DNA of 64,000 nucleotides from Bacillota bacterium (GCA_040756655.1 JBFLYN010000012.1:5098-69097); one strand, 5' to 3'; counted from the first letter of the stretch, positions 35,284 through 44,364 are shown. The notes: a model not told the origin generated them from the sequence alone. Program-made: numbers and translations.

Positions 35284-35709
35284 TTATCCTACTATCTCAA
35301 TGCCCATGCTACGGGCCGTGCCTTCTACCATCCGCATGGCTGCATCTACCGACGCTGCATTGAGGTCTCTCCATTTTAGCTCGGCGATCTCCCGCACCTT
35401 ATCCCGGGTCACCTTGCCAACCTTTTTCCGGTTGGGCTCTCCCGAGGCTTTCTCAAGACCGGCGGCTTTTTTCAGCAACACTGCCGCGGGCGGTGTCTTA
35501 AGCACGTAAGTGAACGTGCGGTCTTCGAAGATGGTGACTTCGACCGGGATGATCAGCCCAACCTGGGCCGAGGTCCGTTCGTTATAGTCTTTGACGAAGG
35601 CCATCATGTTAATGCCGTAGGGTGCCAGGGCGGGCCCTACCGGAGGTGCCGGCGTGGCCTTCCCGGCCGGTATCTGCAACTTCACTACTCCTGCTACTCG
35701 CTTGGCCAT
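35284..35709 (-). CDS. rplK: 50S ribosomal protein L11
   Basis: [34 protein letters not shown]... Confidence 0.97.
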   Translation of the reverse strand: MAKRVAGVVKLQIPAGKATPAPPVGPALAPYGINMMAFVKDYNERTSAQVGLIIPVEVTIFEDRTFTYVLKTPPAAVLLKKAAGLEKASGEPNRKKVGKVTRDKVREIAELKWRDLNAASVDAAMRMVEGTARSMGIEIVG

Positions 35710-35721
35710 GGTAATGTCCTC

Positions 35722-36246
35722 CTAGAGATCATCGACCTGTGAATACTCAAGTTCGACCGGCGTTTCGCGGCCGAACATCGACACCAGCACCCTTAGCTTG
35801 TTACGATCAAACATGACTTCCTCGACCATCCCGATGAACCCCGCGAAGGGACCGGAGTTTACGCGGACACTCTGCCCAGGCTGGAACTGAACCTTGGGCC
35901 TGGCTTCCTCCATGCCCATGTGCCTGAGGATGTTCTGTATTTCGTCTTCTTGCAGGGGGATGGGCTTGGAACCGGAGCCCACAAACCCAGTGACACCGGG
36001 AGTGTTGCGCACCACGTACCAGGAGTCATCACTCATGATCATCTCGACCATTACATACCCCGGGTATATCTTGCGCTTGGTTACCTTCTTTTTGCCGTCC
36101 TTGTACTCAACCTCTTCCTCCATGGGGACCACTACGCGGAAGATCTTCTCTTCCATGCCCATGGACTCCACGCGCTTTTCGAGGTTAGCCCGTACCTTAT
36201 TTTCGTAACCTGAATATGTGTGGACGACGTACCATTGCTTTTCCAT
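35722..36246 (-). CDS. nusG: Transcription termination/antitermination factor NusG
   Basis: MEKQWYVVHTYSGYENKVRANLEKRV... with a KOW domain at the C-terminus. Confidence 0.95.
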   Translation of the reverse strand: MEKQWYVVHTYSGYENKVRANLEKRVESMGMEEKIFRVVVPMEEEVEYKDGKKKVTKRKIYPGYVMVEMIMSDDSWYVVRNTPGVTGFVGSGSKPIPLQEDEIQNILRHMGMEEARPKVQFQPGQSVRVNSGPFAGFIGMVEEVMFDRNKLRVLVSMFGRETPVELEYSQVDDL

Positions 36247-36306
36247 GACAAAGGGACCCTCCGGCCGGACTCCCGACCGGCTGCCCAGGTCCCCAACCCC
36301 CTCCAG

Positions 36307-36513
36307 CTACCTTACTAGCACTCCAAGGATTAACCCAAACGAGCTGTCCACGACCCAGATCAGGCAGGCCACGATCAGGACAGCCACAATCACAATGCTG
36401 GTAAACAGCACTGTCTGCCGCCGACTCGGCCACAGGACTTTCCTGAGTTCGAAGCGGACGTCCTTTAGGTACTGGACTGCCTTGGTCCAAAAGCCTTTGA
36501 CCCCTTTGAGCAA
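36307..36513 (-). CDS. secE: Preprotein translocase subunit SecE
   Basis: ...FWTKAVQYLKDVRFELRKVLWPSRRQTVLFTSIVIVAVLIVACLIW... has a single TM helix. TTG 36513 follows CAGGAG. The longer ORF would run into tRNA-Trp. Confidence 0.8.
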   Translation of the reverse strand: MLKGVKGFWTKAVQYLKDVRFELRKVLWPSRRQTVLFTSIVIVAVLIVACLIWVVDSSFGLILGVLVR

Positions 36514-36543
36514 CCCTCTCAGCTCCTGTTGCCGGCATATAAA

Positions 36544-36619
36544 TGGCAGGCCCGGAGGGATTCGAACCCCCAACACGCGGATTTGGAGTCCGCTGCTCTA
36601 CCGTTAGAGCTACGGGCCT
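36544..36619 (-). tRNA. tRNA-Trp (anticodon CCA)
   Basis: Minus strand AGGCCCGTAGCTCTAACGGTAGAGCAGCGGACTCCAAATCCGCGTGTTGGGGGTTCGAATCCCTCCGGGCCTGCCA folds as a cloverleaf by hand, with an encoded CCA end. Confidence 0.9.
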
Positions 36620-36636
36620 GCGGACAACGAATACGG

Positions 36637-36786
36637 CTATCTGGTCTCGCGGTGGAGCGTGTGTGTGCGGCAGAACCGGCAATACTTCTTGAGTTCAATC
36701 CTGCTGGGATCGTTCTTCTTGTTCTTCATGGTTGTGTAATTCCTGCGCCTGCACTCAGTGCAGGCCACAGTGATAATCTGCCGCAT
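36637..36786 (-). CDS. rpmG: 50S ribosomal protein L33 (Cys-containing form)
   Basis: Not in the ORF track. Own translation gives [49 protein letters not shown]-stop. Confidence 0.9.
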   Translation of the reverse strand: MRQIITVACTECRRRNYTTMKNKKNDPSRIELKKYCRFCRTHTLHRETR

Positions 36787-36828
36787 GCTCCACTCTCCCG
36801 CAAATACTTCACCTGTCTATGCTATCCT

Positions 36829-36857
36829 AATTTAGCATAACCGTCAGCGGTTGTCAA
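36829..36857 (-). promoter_or_regulatory. Sigma-A promoter of rpmG-tRNA-Trp-secE-nusG-rplKA
   Basis: Minus strand reads TTGACA-17 nt-TAAATT, between the tuf copy 2 stop and the rpmG start. Confidence 0.5.
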
Positions 36858-36874
36858 CAAACACGCCGCTTGCG

Positions 36875-38077
36875 TCACTCCACGATCTTGGTGACCACGC
36901 CGGCGCCCACGGTGCGTCCGCCCTCGCGGATGGCAAACCGCATGCCCTCTTCGATGGCTACCGGCGAAATCAACTGCACGTGCATGGTCACGTTGTCCCC
37001 GGGAATCACCATCTCCACGCCTTCCGGCAGGTGGATGGACCCGGTCACGTCCGTGGTCCGGATGTAGAACTGCGGCCGGTACCCGTTGAAAAACGGCGTG
37101 TGCCGCCCGCCCTCTTCCTTCGACAGCACGAACACGCTGGCGTCAAACCTGGTGTGCGGCTTGATGGAGGCCGGCTTGGCCAGGACCTGGCCGCGCTCGA
37201 TCTCGTCTTTGTCCACGCCCCGCAACAGGCAACCTACGTTGTCTCCCGCCATGCCCCGGTCCAATAACTTCCGGAACATCTCCACCCCGGTTACCACCGT
37301 CTTGCGCGGCCGCTCCGTGAACCCCACGATCTCTACTTCGTCCCCGGTCTTCACCATCCCGCGCTCAATCCGGCCGGTTGCCACCGTACCCCGCCCTGTG
37401 ATGCTGAACACGTCTTCCACAGCCATCAGGAACGGCCGGTCCACGTCGCGCACCGGCGTGGGCACATACCGGTCCACCGCGTCCATCAACTCCCAAATGC
37501 AGCTGCAATTGGGACATTCCCGCTTGCCGCAACCGCAGTTGAGGGCCTTCAGCGCCGAACCCGGTACTACCGGAGTCTCGTCCCCAGGGAACCCGTACTT
37601 GTTCAACACGTCCCGGATTTCTAGCTCCACCAGCTCCAAAAGCTCCGGATCATCGATCATGTCGGCCTTGTTCAAGAACGCCACCATGGCCGGCACCCCT
37701 ACCTGCCGGGCCAAGAGCACGTGCTCCCGGGTCTGGGGCATGGCTCCGTCGGCCGCCGACACCACCAGGATGGCCCCGTCCATCTGCGCTGCACCCGTGA
37801 TCATGTTCTTGATGTAGTCGGCATGCCCCGGGCAGTCCACGTGGGCGTAGTGCCGGTTGGGAGTCTCGTACTCCACGTGTGCCGTGGCGATGGTGATGCC
37901 CCGGGCTTTCTCTTCCGGTGCCTTGTCGATGGCATCAAACGGGGTAAACTGGGCCAGCCCGGCCGCGGAAAGCACCCGGGTAATAGCCGCCGTCAAAGTG
38001 GTCTTCCCGTGGTCGATGTGCCCAATGGTTCCCACGTTCACATGGGGCTTGGTCCGCTCAAATTTCTTCTTGGCCAT
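36875..38077 (-). CDS. tuf: Elongation factor Tu, copy 2 (downstream of the tRNA operon)
   Basis: [28 protein letters not shown]... has the same 1203-nt length as copy 1, with only a handful of differences. Confidence 0.97.
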   Translation of the reverse strand: MAKKKFERTKPHVNVGTIGHIDHGKTTLTAAITRVLSAAGLAQFTPFDAIDKAPEEKARGITIATAHVEYETPNRHYAHVDCPGHADYIKNMITGAAQMDGAILVVSAADGAMPQTREHVLLARQVGVPAMVAFLNKADMIDDPELLELVELEIRDVLNKYGFPGDETPVVPGSALKALNCGCGKRECPNCSCIWELMDAVDRYVPTPVRDVDRPFLMAVEDVFSITGRGTVATGRIERGMVKTGDEVEIVGFTERPRKTVVTGVEMFRKLLDRGMAGDNVGCLLRGVDKDEIERGQVLAKPASIKPHTRFDASVFVLSKEEGGRHTPFFNGYRPQFYIRTTDVTGSIHLPEGVEMVIPGDNVTMHVQLISPVAIEEGMRFAIREGGRTVGAGVVTKIVE

Positions 38078-38188
38078 AGTCGGCCTCCCCTCGCAAATGG
38101 GCATGCTGCCACCGGGTAGTATAACCGGGTGGAAGGAATGTTTTCTTCTCTGTCCACAGAATTCCTGCCCAGCAGTACTTAAAAAGAA

Positions 38189-38264
<76 letters not shown>

Positions 38265-38274
38265 ACCACCAGAC

Positions 38275-38351
<77 letters not shown>

Positions 38352-38377
38352 GCATAAAATTGTCAAGGATATCAAAC

Positions 38378-38454
<77 letters not shown>

Positions 38455-38487
38455 GTATCTAAGCAGGACACCTGCTTTTAGGCTTTA

Positions 38488-38572
38488 TGGTGGAGAGGGC
38501 TGGATTCGAACCAGCGAAGGCGTCGCCAACAGATTTACAGTCTGCCCCCTTTGGCCGCTTGGGTACCTCTCC
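38488..38572 (-). tRNA. tRNA-Tyr (anticodon GUA)
   Basis: GGAGAGGTACCCAAGCGGCCAAAGGGGGCAGACTGTAAATCTGTTGGCGACGCCTTCGCTGGTTCGAATCCAGCCCTCTCCACCA, with a long variable arm. Confidence 0.9.
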
Positions 38573-38596
38573 AAAACTCGAAGCGAGTGACCCATT

Positions 38597-38671
38597 TGGA
38601 GCTGGCGATGGGATTCGAACCCGCAACCTGCTGATTACAAATCAGCTGCTCTGCCATTGAGCTACGCCAGC
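38597..38671 (-). tRNA. tRNA-Thr (anticodon UGU)
   Basis: GCTGGCGTAGCTCAATGGCAGAGCAGCTGATTTGTAATCAGCAGGTTGCGGGTTCGAATCCCATCGCCAGCTCCA, with one C-A mismatch in the T stem. Confidence 0.85.
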
Positions 38672-38691
38672 GCATGGCTTGACATTTACTA

Positions 38692-38720
38692 ATTATAACT
38701 GCGTGACGCTCCGGGGTCAA
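38692..38720 (-). promoter_or_regulatory. Sigma-A promoter of the tRNA operon (probably reading through to tuf copy 2)
   Basis: Minus strand reads TTGACC-17 nt-TATAAT, about 20 nt upstream of the first tRNA. Confidence 0.6.
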
Positions 38721-38769
38721 TGGGTAACAGCTGTCAGTTGGCTCCATGCGGAGCAGTTGAGGGAGCGCC

Positions 38770-39477
38770 CTAGTCGACCTTGCCGAGTCTCTCGCCTTCC
38801 TTTGCGCTTTCCCGGTCGTCCAGGTAGCGCTCGAGTTTACGTTTGACTCTCTGCAAGGCATTATCTATGGACTTGACGTGCCGCTTGAGATCCCCGGCAA
38901 TCTCTTGGTAGGACTTGCCGTCCAAGTAGGACATAAGCACTTTCCACTCAAGATCGGAAAGGATCTCGCCCATCTTTTCTTCAATGTCCCCGAATTCCTC
39001 GCGGTTTATGATCAACTCCTCAGGATCGGTAACCTTGGACCCGGATATGATATCCAAGAGCGTCCGGTCGGAATCGTCATCGTAGATGGGCTTGTTTAAC
39101 GAGACGTAGGAGTTCAGCGGTATGTGCTTTTGGCGTGTGGCCGTCTTGATGGCCGTGATGATCTGCCTGGTGATGCATAGTTCTGCGAACGCACGAAATG
39201 AGGAGAGCTTGTCGCTGCGGAAATCCCGGATGGCTTTGTATAGTCCTATCATCCCCTCCTGGATGATGTCTTCGCGGTCGGCCCCAATCAGGAAGTATGA
39301 GCGGGCCTTGGCTCGGACGAAATTTCGATACTTGTTGATCAGGTACTCAAGAGCCAGAATGGATCCTTCTCGCGCGTACTCGACAATCTCTTCGTCCACC
39401 ATGGCCTCGTACTCAATGCAGACTTCCCTCTGGGGGGTGATGCTCACTATATCGCCCTCCCATAATGTGGTACGCAT
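38770..39477 (-). CDS. sigH: RNA polymerase sporulation/stationary-phase sigma factor SigH
   Basis: YLINKYRNFVRAKARSYFLIGADREDIIQEGMIGLYKAIRDF...FAELCITRQIITAIKTATRQKHIPLNSY is almost collinear with B. subtilis SigH. The true start is probably GTG 39447 (GGGAGGG+7 nt). Confidence 0.93.
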   Translation of the reverse strand: MRTTLWEGDIVSITPQREVCIEYEAMVDEEIVEYAREGSILALEYLINKYRNFVRAKARSYFLIGADREDIIQEGMIGLYKAIRDFRSDKLSSFRAFAELCITRQIITAIKTATRQKHIPLNSYVSLNKPIYDDDSDRTLLDIISGSKVTDPEELIINREEFGDIEEKMGEILSDLEWKVLMSYLDGKSYQEIAGDLKRHVKSIDNALQRVKRKLERYLDDRESAKEGERLGKVD

Positions 39478-39483
39478 CGCAAC

Positions 39484-39512
39484 TTGTCCCGTAGGCTATT
39501 CTTTATTATAAC
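39484..39512 (+). promoter_or_regulatory. Candidate promoter of the nitroreductase gene, sharing its -10 box with the sigH promoter
   Basis: Plus strand reads TTGTCC-17 nt-TATAAC. Its -10 box overlaps the reverse-strand TATAAT. Confidence 0.4.
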
Positions 39513-39533
39513 TGGACAAACTCCAGTGATCAA
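39505..39533 (-). promoter_or_regulatory. Sigma-A-type promoter of sigH
   Basis: Minus strand reads TTGATC-17 nt-TATAAT. Confidence 0.5.
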
Positions 39534-39626
39534 GTGCAGTAGACCCGTCCCCATGCAACCCCGTCCACCGGGAGGAACCAGAAACCCCAGAACGAAAATC
39601 TAGAGCAAAAAAAGGAGCGTGGCAGC

Positions 39627-40430
39627 TTGAGCAACGGCCAGGTACTGTCCGCCATGTTAAGCCGGGCCTCAGTCCGCAAGTTCAGGCAGCTTCCGGTAAG
39701 CGAGGAAGTCCTCCGTACCATCGTCCGGGCCGGGCAGCAGGCCCCATTTGCTGGCCAGATGTACTCGGTCATCGTCGCCACAGAACGATCTGTCCGGGAA
39801 AGGCTCCGGCCGCTTTTCGGATCACTGGTGGTGCAGGCCCCGGTTTTCATGCTGATCTGCGTGGACTTCCTTCGCCTGGAATCATTCATTGCTGCCAGAG
39901 GAAGGTCCAACCGGGCAGACGACATGAGCATGTTGTTCCTGGGCATCCAAGATGCCTCCTACGCTGGCATGAACATGGTCCTAGCGGCCCAGGCTCTCGG
40001 GCTGGGCTCGGTATTCTTGGGCGCTGCTCCCTTTGTGGCTCCCCAGCTGGCTGAGATCTTCCAGCTGCCGCCACGGGTATATCCCCTGGTGGGCCTTGGC
40101 CTGGGCTATCCCGACGAAAGCCCCGCACCACGCCCGCGCATTCCCCTGGACCTCGTCTACATGTCTCAGAGCTACCGCCGGCCCTCTGCTGCCGAGATCG
40201 AAGAAGCCATGGAGGTAATGGACACTGGGTTGCTCCGGGAAGGATACTATGCTCGTCTGCACGCAATGATACCACTCGAAAGTGGACAAGAGACCCACGA
40301 CTACACAAACTACGGGTGGGGAGAACACATAGCACGGAAATACGGGCAGATGAAGCCCCGGGGCATGCGAACAATGCTGCTGGGCCAGGGCATTTCTATC
40401 AGCGCGACGCCTTCTGACGCTGGCGCCTGA
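39627..40430 (+). CDS. Nitroreductase-family oxidoreductase
   Basis: 267 aa. ...RASVRKFRQLPVSEEVLRTIVRAGQQAPFAGQMYSVIVA... is typical of the nitroreductase fold. TTG start follows AAGGAG. Confidence 0.8.
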   Translation: MSNGQVLSAMLSRASVRKFRQLPVSEEVLRTIVRAGQQAPFAGQMYSVIVATERSVRERLRPLFGSLVVQAPVFMLICVDFLRLESFIAARGRSNRADDMSMLFLGIQDASYAGMNMVLAAQALGLGSVFLGAAPFVAPQLAEIFQLPPRVYPLVGLGLGYPDESPAPRPRIPLDLVYMSQSYRRPSAAEIEEAMEVMDTGLLREGYYARLHAMIPLESGQETHDYTNYGWGEHIARKYGQMKPRGMRTMLLGQGISISATPSDAGA

Positions 40431-41142
40431 CTTCGTACAGGACTACAGCCAGCGCGGCAGATGCGTTCATAGAGCCGACTACACCGTACATGGGGATGTT
40501 TACCAAGTAGTCGCAGTGCTCTTTGACCAACCTCCGGAGCCCGCGGTCCTCGCCGCCCAGCACGATCCCCAGAGGTCCGGTGAGCGGGGCTTCCCACATG
40601 CTTTGCCCGTGGCCGGCCTCCAGGCCCGCAATCCATAGACCTGCAGTCTTGAGTTCCTTGATGGTTTGGACCAGGTTGGTCACTCGTGCCAGTGGCACGT
40701 GGGCAGTAGCGCCCGCCGCCGCCCGGGCCACGGTGTCCGTGGGAGGAGCAGACCGGTGCCGGGGAATGACCACACCGTGCGCCCCTGCCGCATCCGCCAC
40801 CCGGATGGCTGCCCCAAGGTTGCGCGGGTCCTGGACTCCATCGAGAAGTACCAGCAGGGGCTCCTGGCCCTTGGCGCCCGCGCTTTCCAGCATTTGCGCA
40901 GTGTCCGCCCACGTGATACCCTGGCACACCCGGGCGGCCACGTTCTGGTGTCGCGGCGCCAACCGGTCCATCTCGTTACGCTGCACTTTCCGGGCAGCGA
41001 TGCCGCGCTGGCGGGCTAGTTCCTGGATGTCATCGGGCAAATCCTGGACAAAGAGCAGCTCCTCAACGGGTAGCCCGGCGCGGAGTGCTTCCCGCACGGG
41101 ATTTTTCCCGGTGATCACCTCAAGCGGCGTCTTTGTGTCCAC
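40399..41142 (-). CDS. rlmB: 23S rRNA (guanosine-2'-O-)-methyltransferase RlmB (SpoU/TrmH family)
   Basis: ...ITGKNPVREALRAG...LLVLLDGVQDPRNLGAIIR-like...GEDRGLRRLVKEHCD...IPMYGVVGSMNASAA. Confidence 0.9.
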   Translation of the reverse strand: MDTKTPLEVITGKNPVREALRAGLPVEELLFVQDLPDDIQELARQRGIAARKVQRNEMDRLAPRHQNVAARVCQGITWADTAQMLESAGAKGQEPLLVLLDGVQDPRNLGAAIRVADAAGAHGVVIPRHRSAPPTDTVARAAAGATAHVPLARVTNLVQTIKELKTAGLWIAGLEAGHGQSMWEAPLTGPLGIVLGGEDRGLRRLVKEHCDYLVNIPMYGVVGSMNASAALAVVLYEVRRQRQKASR

Positions 41143-41199
41143 TGTGCACTGTGCCTTTCCCGACCGGAGTTGGACATAGTGTCAGCACCTGTAGCCAGC

Positions 41200-42000
41200 C
41201 TATACTTCCCGGCGGCGCTGTTTCCACGCTTTCTGGAACTCCTCGAGCGTAGGTGCCCGGCCGCAGCACATCTTGCCTTCCGGGCAGTAGCCTCGTTCTT
41301 CACACGAAGCCCCGGCACGACAAAAGATGTTGGGGGCGATCTTCTTGTAGGTGGCTAAAAGCTCCCGGAAGAGATCGCGTATCTCCCACTGGGCGCGCTC
41401 GCAGCAGCGCAGGTTGAACATGTGCCGGAGCTGGCGGGCATTGGTGGTAATCACAAAGCGTGTCTCGGTGGCATTGGAGAGGGCAAACCGCACATCCTCA
41501 GCCGGTATGCCCAGGTCAAGACCGGCAACCTGGAGCGAACGGATCTCTGCCTGAAGACGGTGAAACCGCTCCAGGTATTCAGGGTGCTTTTGGAAAGTAG
41601 GGGGCACAATATAGTGGAAGTCATCTTCCTTGACGTAGCGCTGGGACTGCTGCAACTGGGATATGTCGGGAGAGGCCTCCTGGGGAGCGTTAATGTACAC
41701 CCCGGGCTCTTTGAGCATTTTCATAAGACGATGCCGGTCATTCTGCTGGCTGGAGATGCGGCTGTAGCCTTCTACGGCAAATGATGTGTGCCAGTGTTCC
41801 AAGGCACCCAGATGCCCGCTGGCAATGAGACCGCGGACAAACCGGCCGGTGGCCTCATCGTCCGGGCCGGATTCACCCTGTACCATGCCGGCCAGTTCGT
41901 CCACTCCCAGCGGAGCATAGCAGAGCCGGGTCATCAAGAGCAGGCGCTCAGTGTTGATACTGGTCCCCATGAAAGGGTAGTAAATGACGCGAATTCTCAA
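41200..42000 (-). CDS. thyX: ThyX-like FAD-dependent thymidylate synthase (divergent)
   Basis: GHLGALEHWHTSFAVEGYSRISSQQNDRHR...QQSQRY...TTNARQLRHMFNLR...AQWEIRDL are ThyX-family motifs. The RHR and SQRY elements are separated by an insert, and the tail is Cys-rich. Confidence 0.75.
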   Translation of the reverse strand: MRIRVIYYPFMGTSINTERLLLMTRLCYAPLGVDELAGMVQGESGPDDEATGRFVRGLIASGHLGALEHWHTSFAVEGYSRISSQQNDRHRLMKMLKEPGVYINAPQEASPDISQLQQSQRYVKEDDFHYIVPPTFQKHPEYLERFHRLQAEIRSLQVAGLDLGIPAEDVRFALSNATETRFVITTNARQLRHMFNLRCCERAQWEIRDLFRELLATYKKIAPNIFCRAGASCEERGYCPEGKMCCGRAPTLEEFQKAWKQRRREV

Positions 42001-42021
42001 GGTCGGTCTGAGCCTCCTTCC

Positions 42022-43212
42022 CTAGTCAAGACGGCTTTCCAGCAGAGCTACGCACCAGGCACAGACTCCCTCTGCCCGTCCCACAAATCCCATGCCTTCC
42101 TGAGTAGTGGCCTTGATCCCAATCCGGCCAGCAGAAATCCGGAGGATGGGTGCCAGCACTTCCTTCATCATGGGAATGTGCGGGGCGAGCCTGGGGTTTT
42201 CGCAGACTACAGTGGCATCCACGTTTAGGATCCGGAACCCGGCTCGCAGAACCCTCTCAACCGTGGTGTTCAGAAGACTAGTGCTGGCAGCTCCCTGAAA
42301 GGCCGGGTCGGTGTTGGGAAAGTGCTGGCCGATATCTGGAAGCCCGGCCGCGCCGAGCAAGGCATCGATGATAGCATGTACCAACACATCGGCATCGGAA
42401 TGGCCCGCCAGCCCAAGGTCTGCCGGTATTTCCACTCCTCCCAAGATGAAGGGCCGGTCGGCCTCCAACCGGTGGACGTCGTAGCCGATTCCCACTGCCG
42501 GAACAGGGTTGGACAGGAGGCGCTCGGCCATGATCAGATCGTCTTCCCTGGTGAGCTTGAAGTTGTCACGGGCTCCTTCCACAACTTGCACCGGGTGACC
42601 ACAGGCTTCCACCAGCCAGGCGTCATCGGTGGCCCCGGCCGGGGCCGGGCGCTCGTAGGCTTCAAAGAGCCAGGCGGCCCAGAATCCTTGGGGCGTCTGG
42701 ATGGCCCTCAACCGGTCGCGGTCTACCGAGGACTCCACGGAGCCGGCGTACACCGTCTTGACGGTATCGTGAATCTCCACCGCCGGGACGGCGGCACCGT
42801 AGCTGGCAGCTGCCTGCAAAACCCTTTCTACCAGCCCGGTGGTGACCAGGGGCCGGGCACCGTCGTGTACCAGTATGATACCGGGTTCAAAAGCCCGGGC
42901 TGCGTCCAGTCCTGACTTCACCGAGTCCCATCGCCGTTCCCCGCCTTCTACTACGGCCTTCACCTTGCTGAGCCCGTAGGTAGGGACCAGCGCACGCCCC
43001 AGACGTATGTCCCCAGCAGGCACCACCAAAACCACAGCATCCACCTGTTCCAGGGCTTGGAAAGGGCGTATGGAATGGACCACCACCGGCACCCCGCCTA
43101 TGGGCAGAAACTGCTTCTTGACACCGCCCATGCGCGAACCGGCCCCGGCCGCGACCACCAAGGCTATGGTTCGCGGCCGGGGCTTGTCCGGTACAGCGTC
43201 TTGCCAGTTCAT
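42022..43212 (-). CDS. ispDF: Bifunctional IspD/IspF (MEP cytidylyltransferase / MEcPP synthase fusion)
   Basis: The N-terminal half carries VVAAGAGSRMG...KQFL (IspD). The C-terminal half carries GIGYDVHRLEADRPFILGGVEIP...GHSDADVLVHAIIDALLGA (IspF). It is one uninterrupted 396-aa ORF. Confidence 0.9.
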   Translation of the reverse strand: MNWQDAVPDKPRPRTIALVVAAGAGSRMGGVKKQFLPIGGVPVVVHSIRPFQALEQVDAVVLVVPAGDIRLGRALVPTYGLSKVKAVVEGGERRWDSVKSGLDAARAFEPGIILVHDGARPLVTTGLVERVLQAAASYGAAVPAVEIHDTVKTVYAGSVESSVDRDRLRAIQTPQGFWAAWLFEAYERPAPAGATDDAWLVEACGHPVQVVEGARDNFKLTREDDLIMAERLLSNPVPAVGIGYDVHRLEADRPFILGGVEIPADLGLAGHSDADVLVHAIIDALLGAAGLPDIGQHFPNTDPAFQGAASTSLLNTTVERVLRAGFRILNVDATVVCENPRLAPHIPMMKEVLAPILRISAGRIGIKATTQEGMGFVGRAEGVCAWCVALLESRLD

Positions 43213-44300
43213 CCCTGGTGGACTGCCCGCTCGTAGTATTTGGGGCGGGCAAAGATCATGCGGCCGCCCACTGTCTGGAGGTCACGGGTGACCGTCACTT
43301 CCAAGTCTTCGCCGATGTGCCGTTTGCCGCCATCGATGACTACCATGGTCCCGTCTTCCAAGTAGGCCACACCTTGCCCGGGCTCCTTCCCGTCCTTGAT
43401 AATATGGACGGTCATTTCTTCGCCCGGCAGGAGCACTGGACGGACGGCCAGGGCCAGTTCGTTGACATTCAATACCGGTACACCCTGGAGTCCAGCCACC
43501 TTGTTGAGGTTGTAGTCATTGGTCACGATGCGGGCATTCAAAGTTCGGGCCAACTTGACCAGCTTGGAGTCCACATCCAGGTTGGAACCCAGGTCTCGCT
43601 CCTCGACCTGCACGGGCACAGCCAGCTCCTGCTGGATGCGGGCCAGCACATCAAGACCACGGCGGCCCCGGTTGCGCCTGAGCACGTCCTGGGAATCCGC
43701 AATGTGTCTTAGCTCTTCCAGGACAAAGGAAGGGATGACCAGCGGTCCTTCGAGAAAACCGGCAGCGCAGATATCCGCGATGCGTCCGTCAATGATGACG
43801 CTGGTATCCAGGATCTTGGGCTGGGACTCCGGGACTTTGACCAAGCGGCCTTTGCCGCCGCCCATGAACCCCGACAGGTCGTCCTTCTTGGTACGAGCGA
43901 TGACCATTCCCAGGTAACCAAGGAGCAGGATGCTGATGGTCGGCAGAACCGAGCCAAGTAGCGGCATCTGCGAGAGCGCCGGACGGAGCAGATTAGCTAT
44001 TATAAGTCCGATAATCAAACCGGCTGCTCCCAGCACAATCTCCTGTAGCGAGGCTCCGGTCACCCGGTCTTCAATCCAGGACACTATCTTGAGAGTCCAC
44101 CGGATTAGCGATGGACCGAAAAAGAACCCGGCCAGCCCGGTCACAGCTCCGCCGAAGCCAATAAGGCCCACCATCTGCATAAGGTTCAACGTCCGGCCGG
44201 CCGCCGCGGTCAGTGGTCCCAGGCTGTAGTAAGTGGCCAGCCCCCCGGCCAGCACTCCTACGCCCGCCATGACCCGTGCGGCAATCCTTGTGTACACCAA
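43209..44300 (-). CDS. yacL: PIN/TRAM-domain membrane protein (YacL-like)
   Basis: N-terminal TM helices, then ILDTSVIIDGRI (PIN) and a C-terminal TRAM-like domain. GTG start follows GGGAGGTGG. Position is conserved upstream of ispD. Confidence 0.85.
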   Translation of the reverse strand: MVYTRIAARVMAGVGVLAGGLATYYSLGPLTAAAGRTLNLMQMVGLIGFGGAVTGLAGFFFGPSLIRWTLKIVSWIEDRVTGASLQEIVLGAAGLIIGLIIANLLRPALSQMPLLGSVLPTISILLLGYLGMVIARTKKDDLSGFMGGGKGRLVKVPESQPKILDTSVIIDGRIADICAAGFLEGPLVIPSFVLEELRHIADSQDVLRRNRGRRGLDVLARIQQELAVPVQVEERDLGSNLDVDSKLVKLARTLNARIVTNDYNLNKVAGLQGVPVLNVNELALAVRPVLLPGEEMTVHIIKDGKEPGQGVAYLEDGTMVVIDGGKRHIGEDLEVTVTRDLQTVGGRMIFARPKYYERAVHQG

Positions 44301-44335
44301 ACCACCTCCCCTGTACTGGCACTCATGTCTCCATC

Positions 44336-44364
44336 AATTATATGTTATCGGGACAGGCCTTTCA
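44336..44364 (-). promoter_or_regulatory. Sigma-A promoter of the yacL-ispDF-thyX-rlmB operon
   Basis: Minus strand reads TTGAAA-17 nt-TATAAT, about 30 nt upstream of the yacL SD. Confidence 0.6.

Noticed and set aside
36197-36682. 161-aa minus-strand ORF
   Set aside because: It runs across the secE start, the whole tRNA-Trp gene and into rpmG in the wrong frame. The real features explain the region.
38535-38861. 108-aa minus-strand ORF
   Set aside because: It overlaps tRNA-Tyr, tRNA-Thr and their promoter, so it is spurious.
40310-40927. 205-aa Gly/Pro/Arg-rich minus-strand ORF
   Set aside because: It is an alternate frame of rlmB and has no homology-like motifs.
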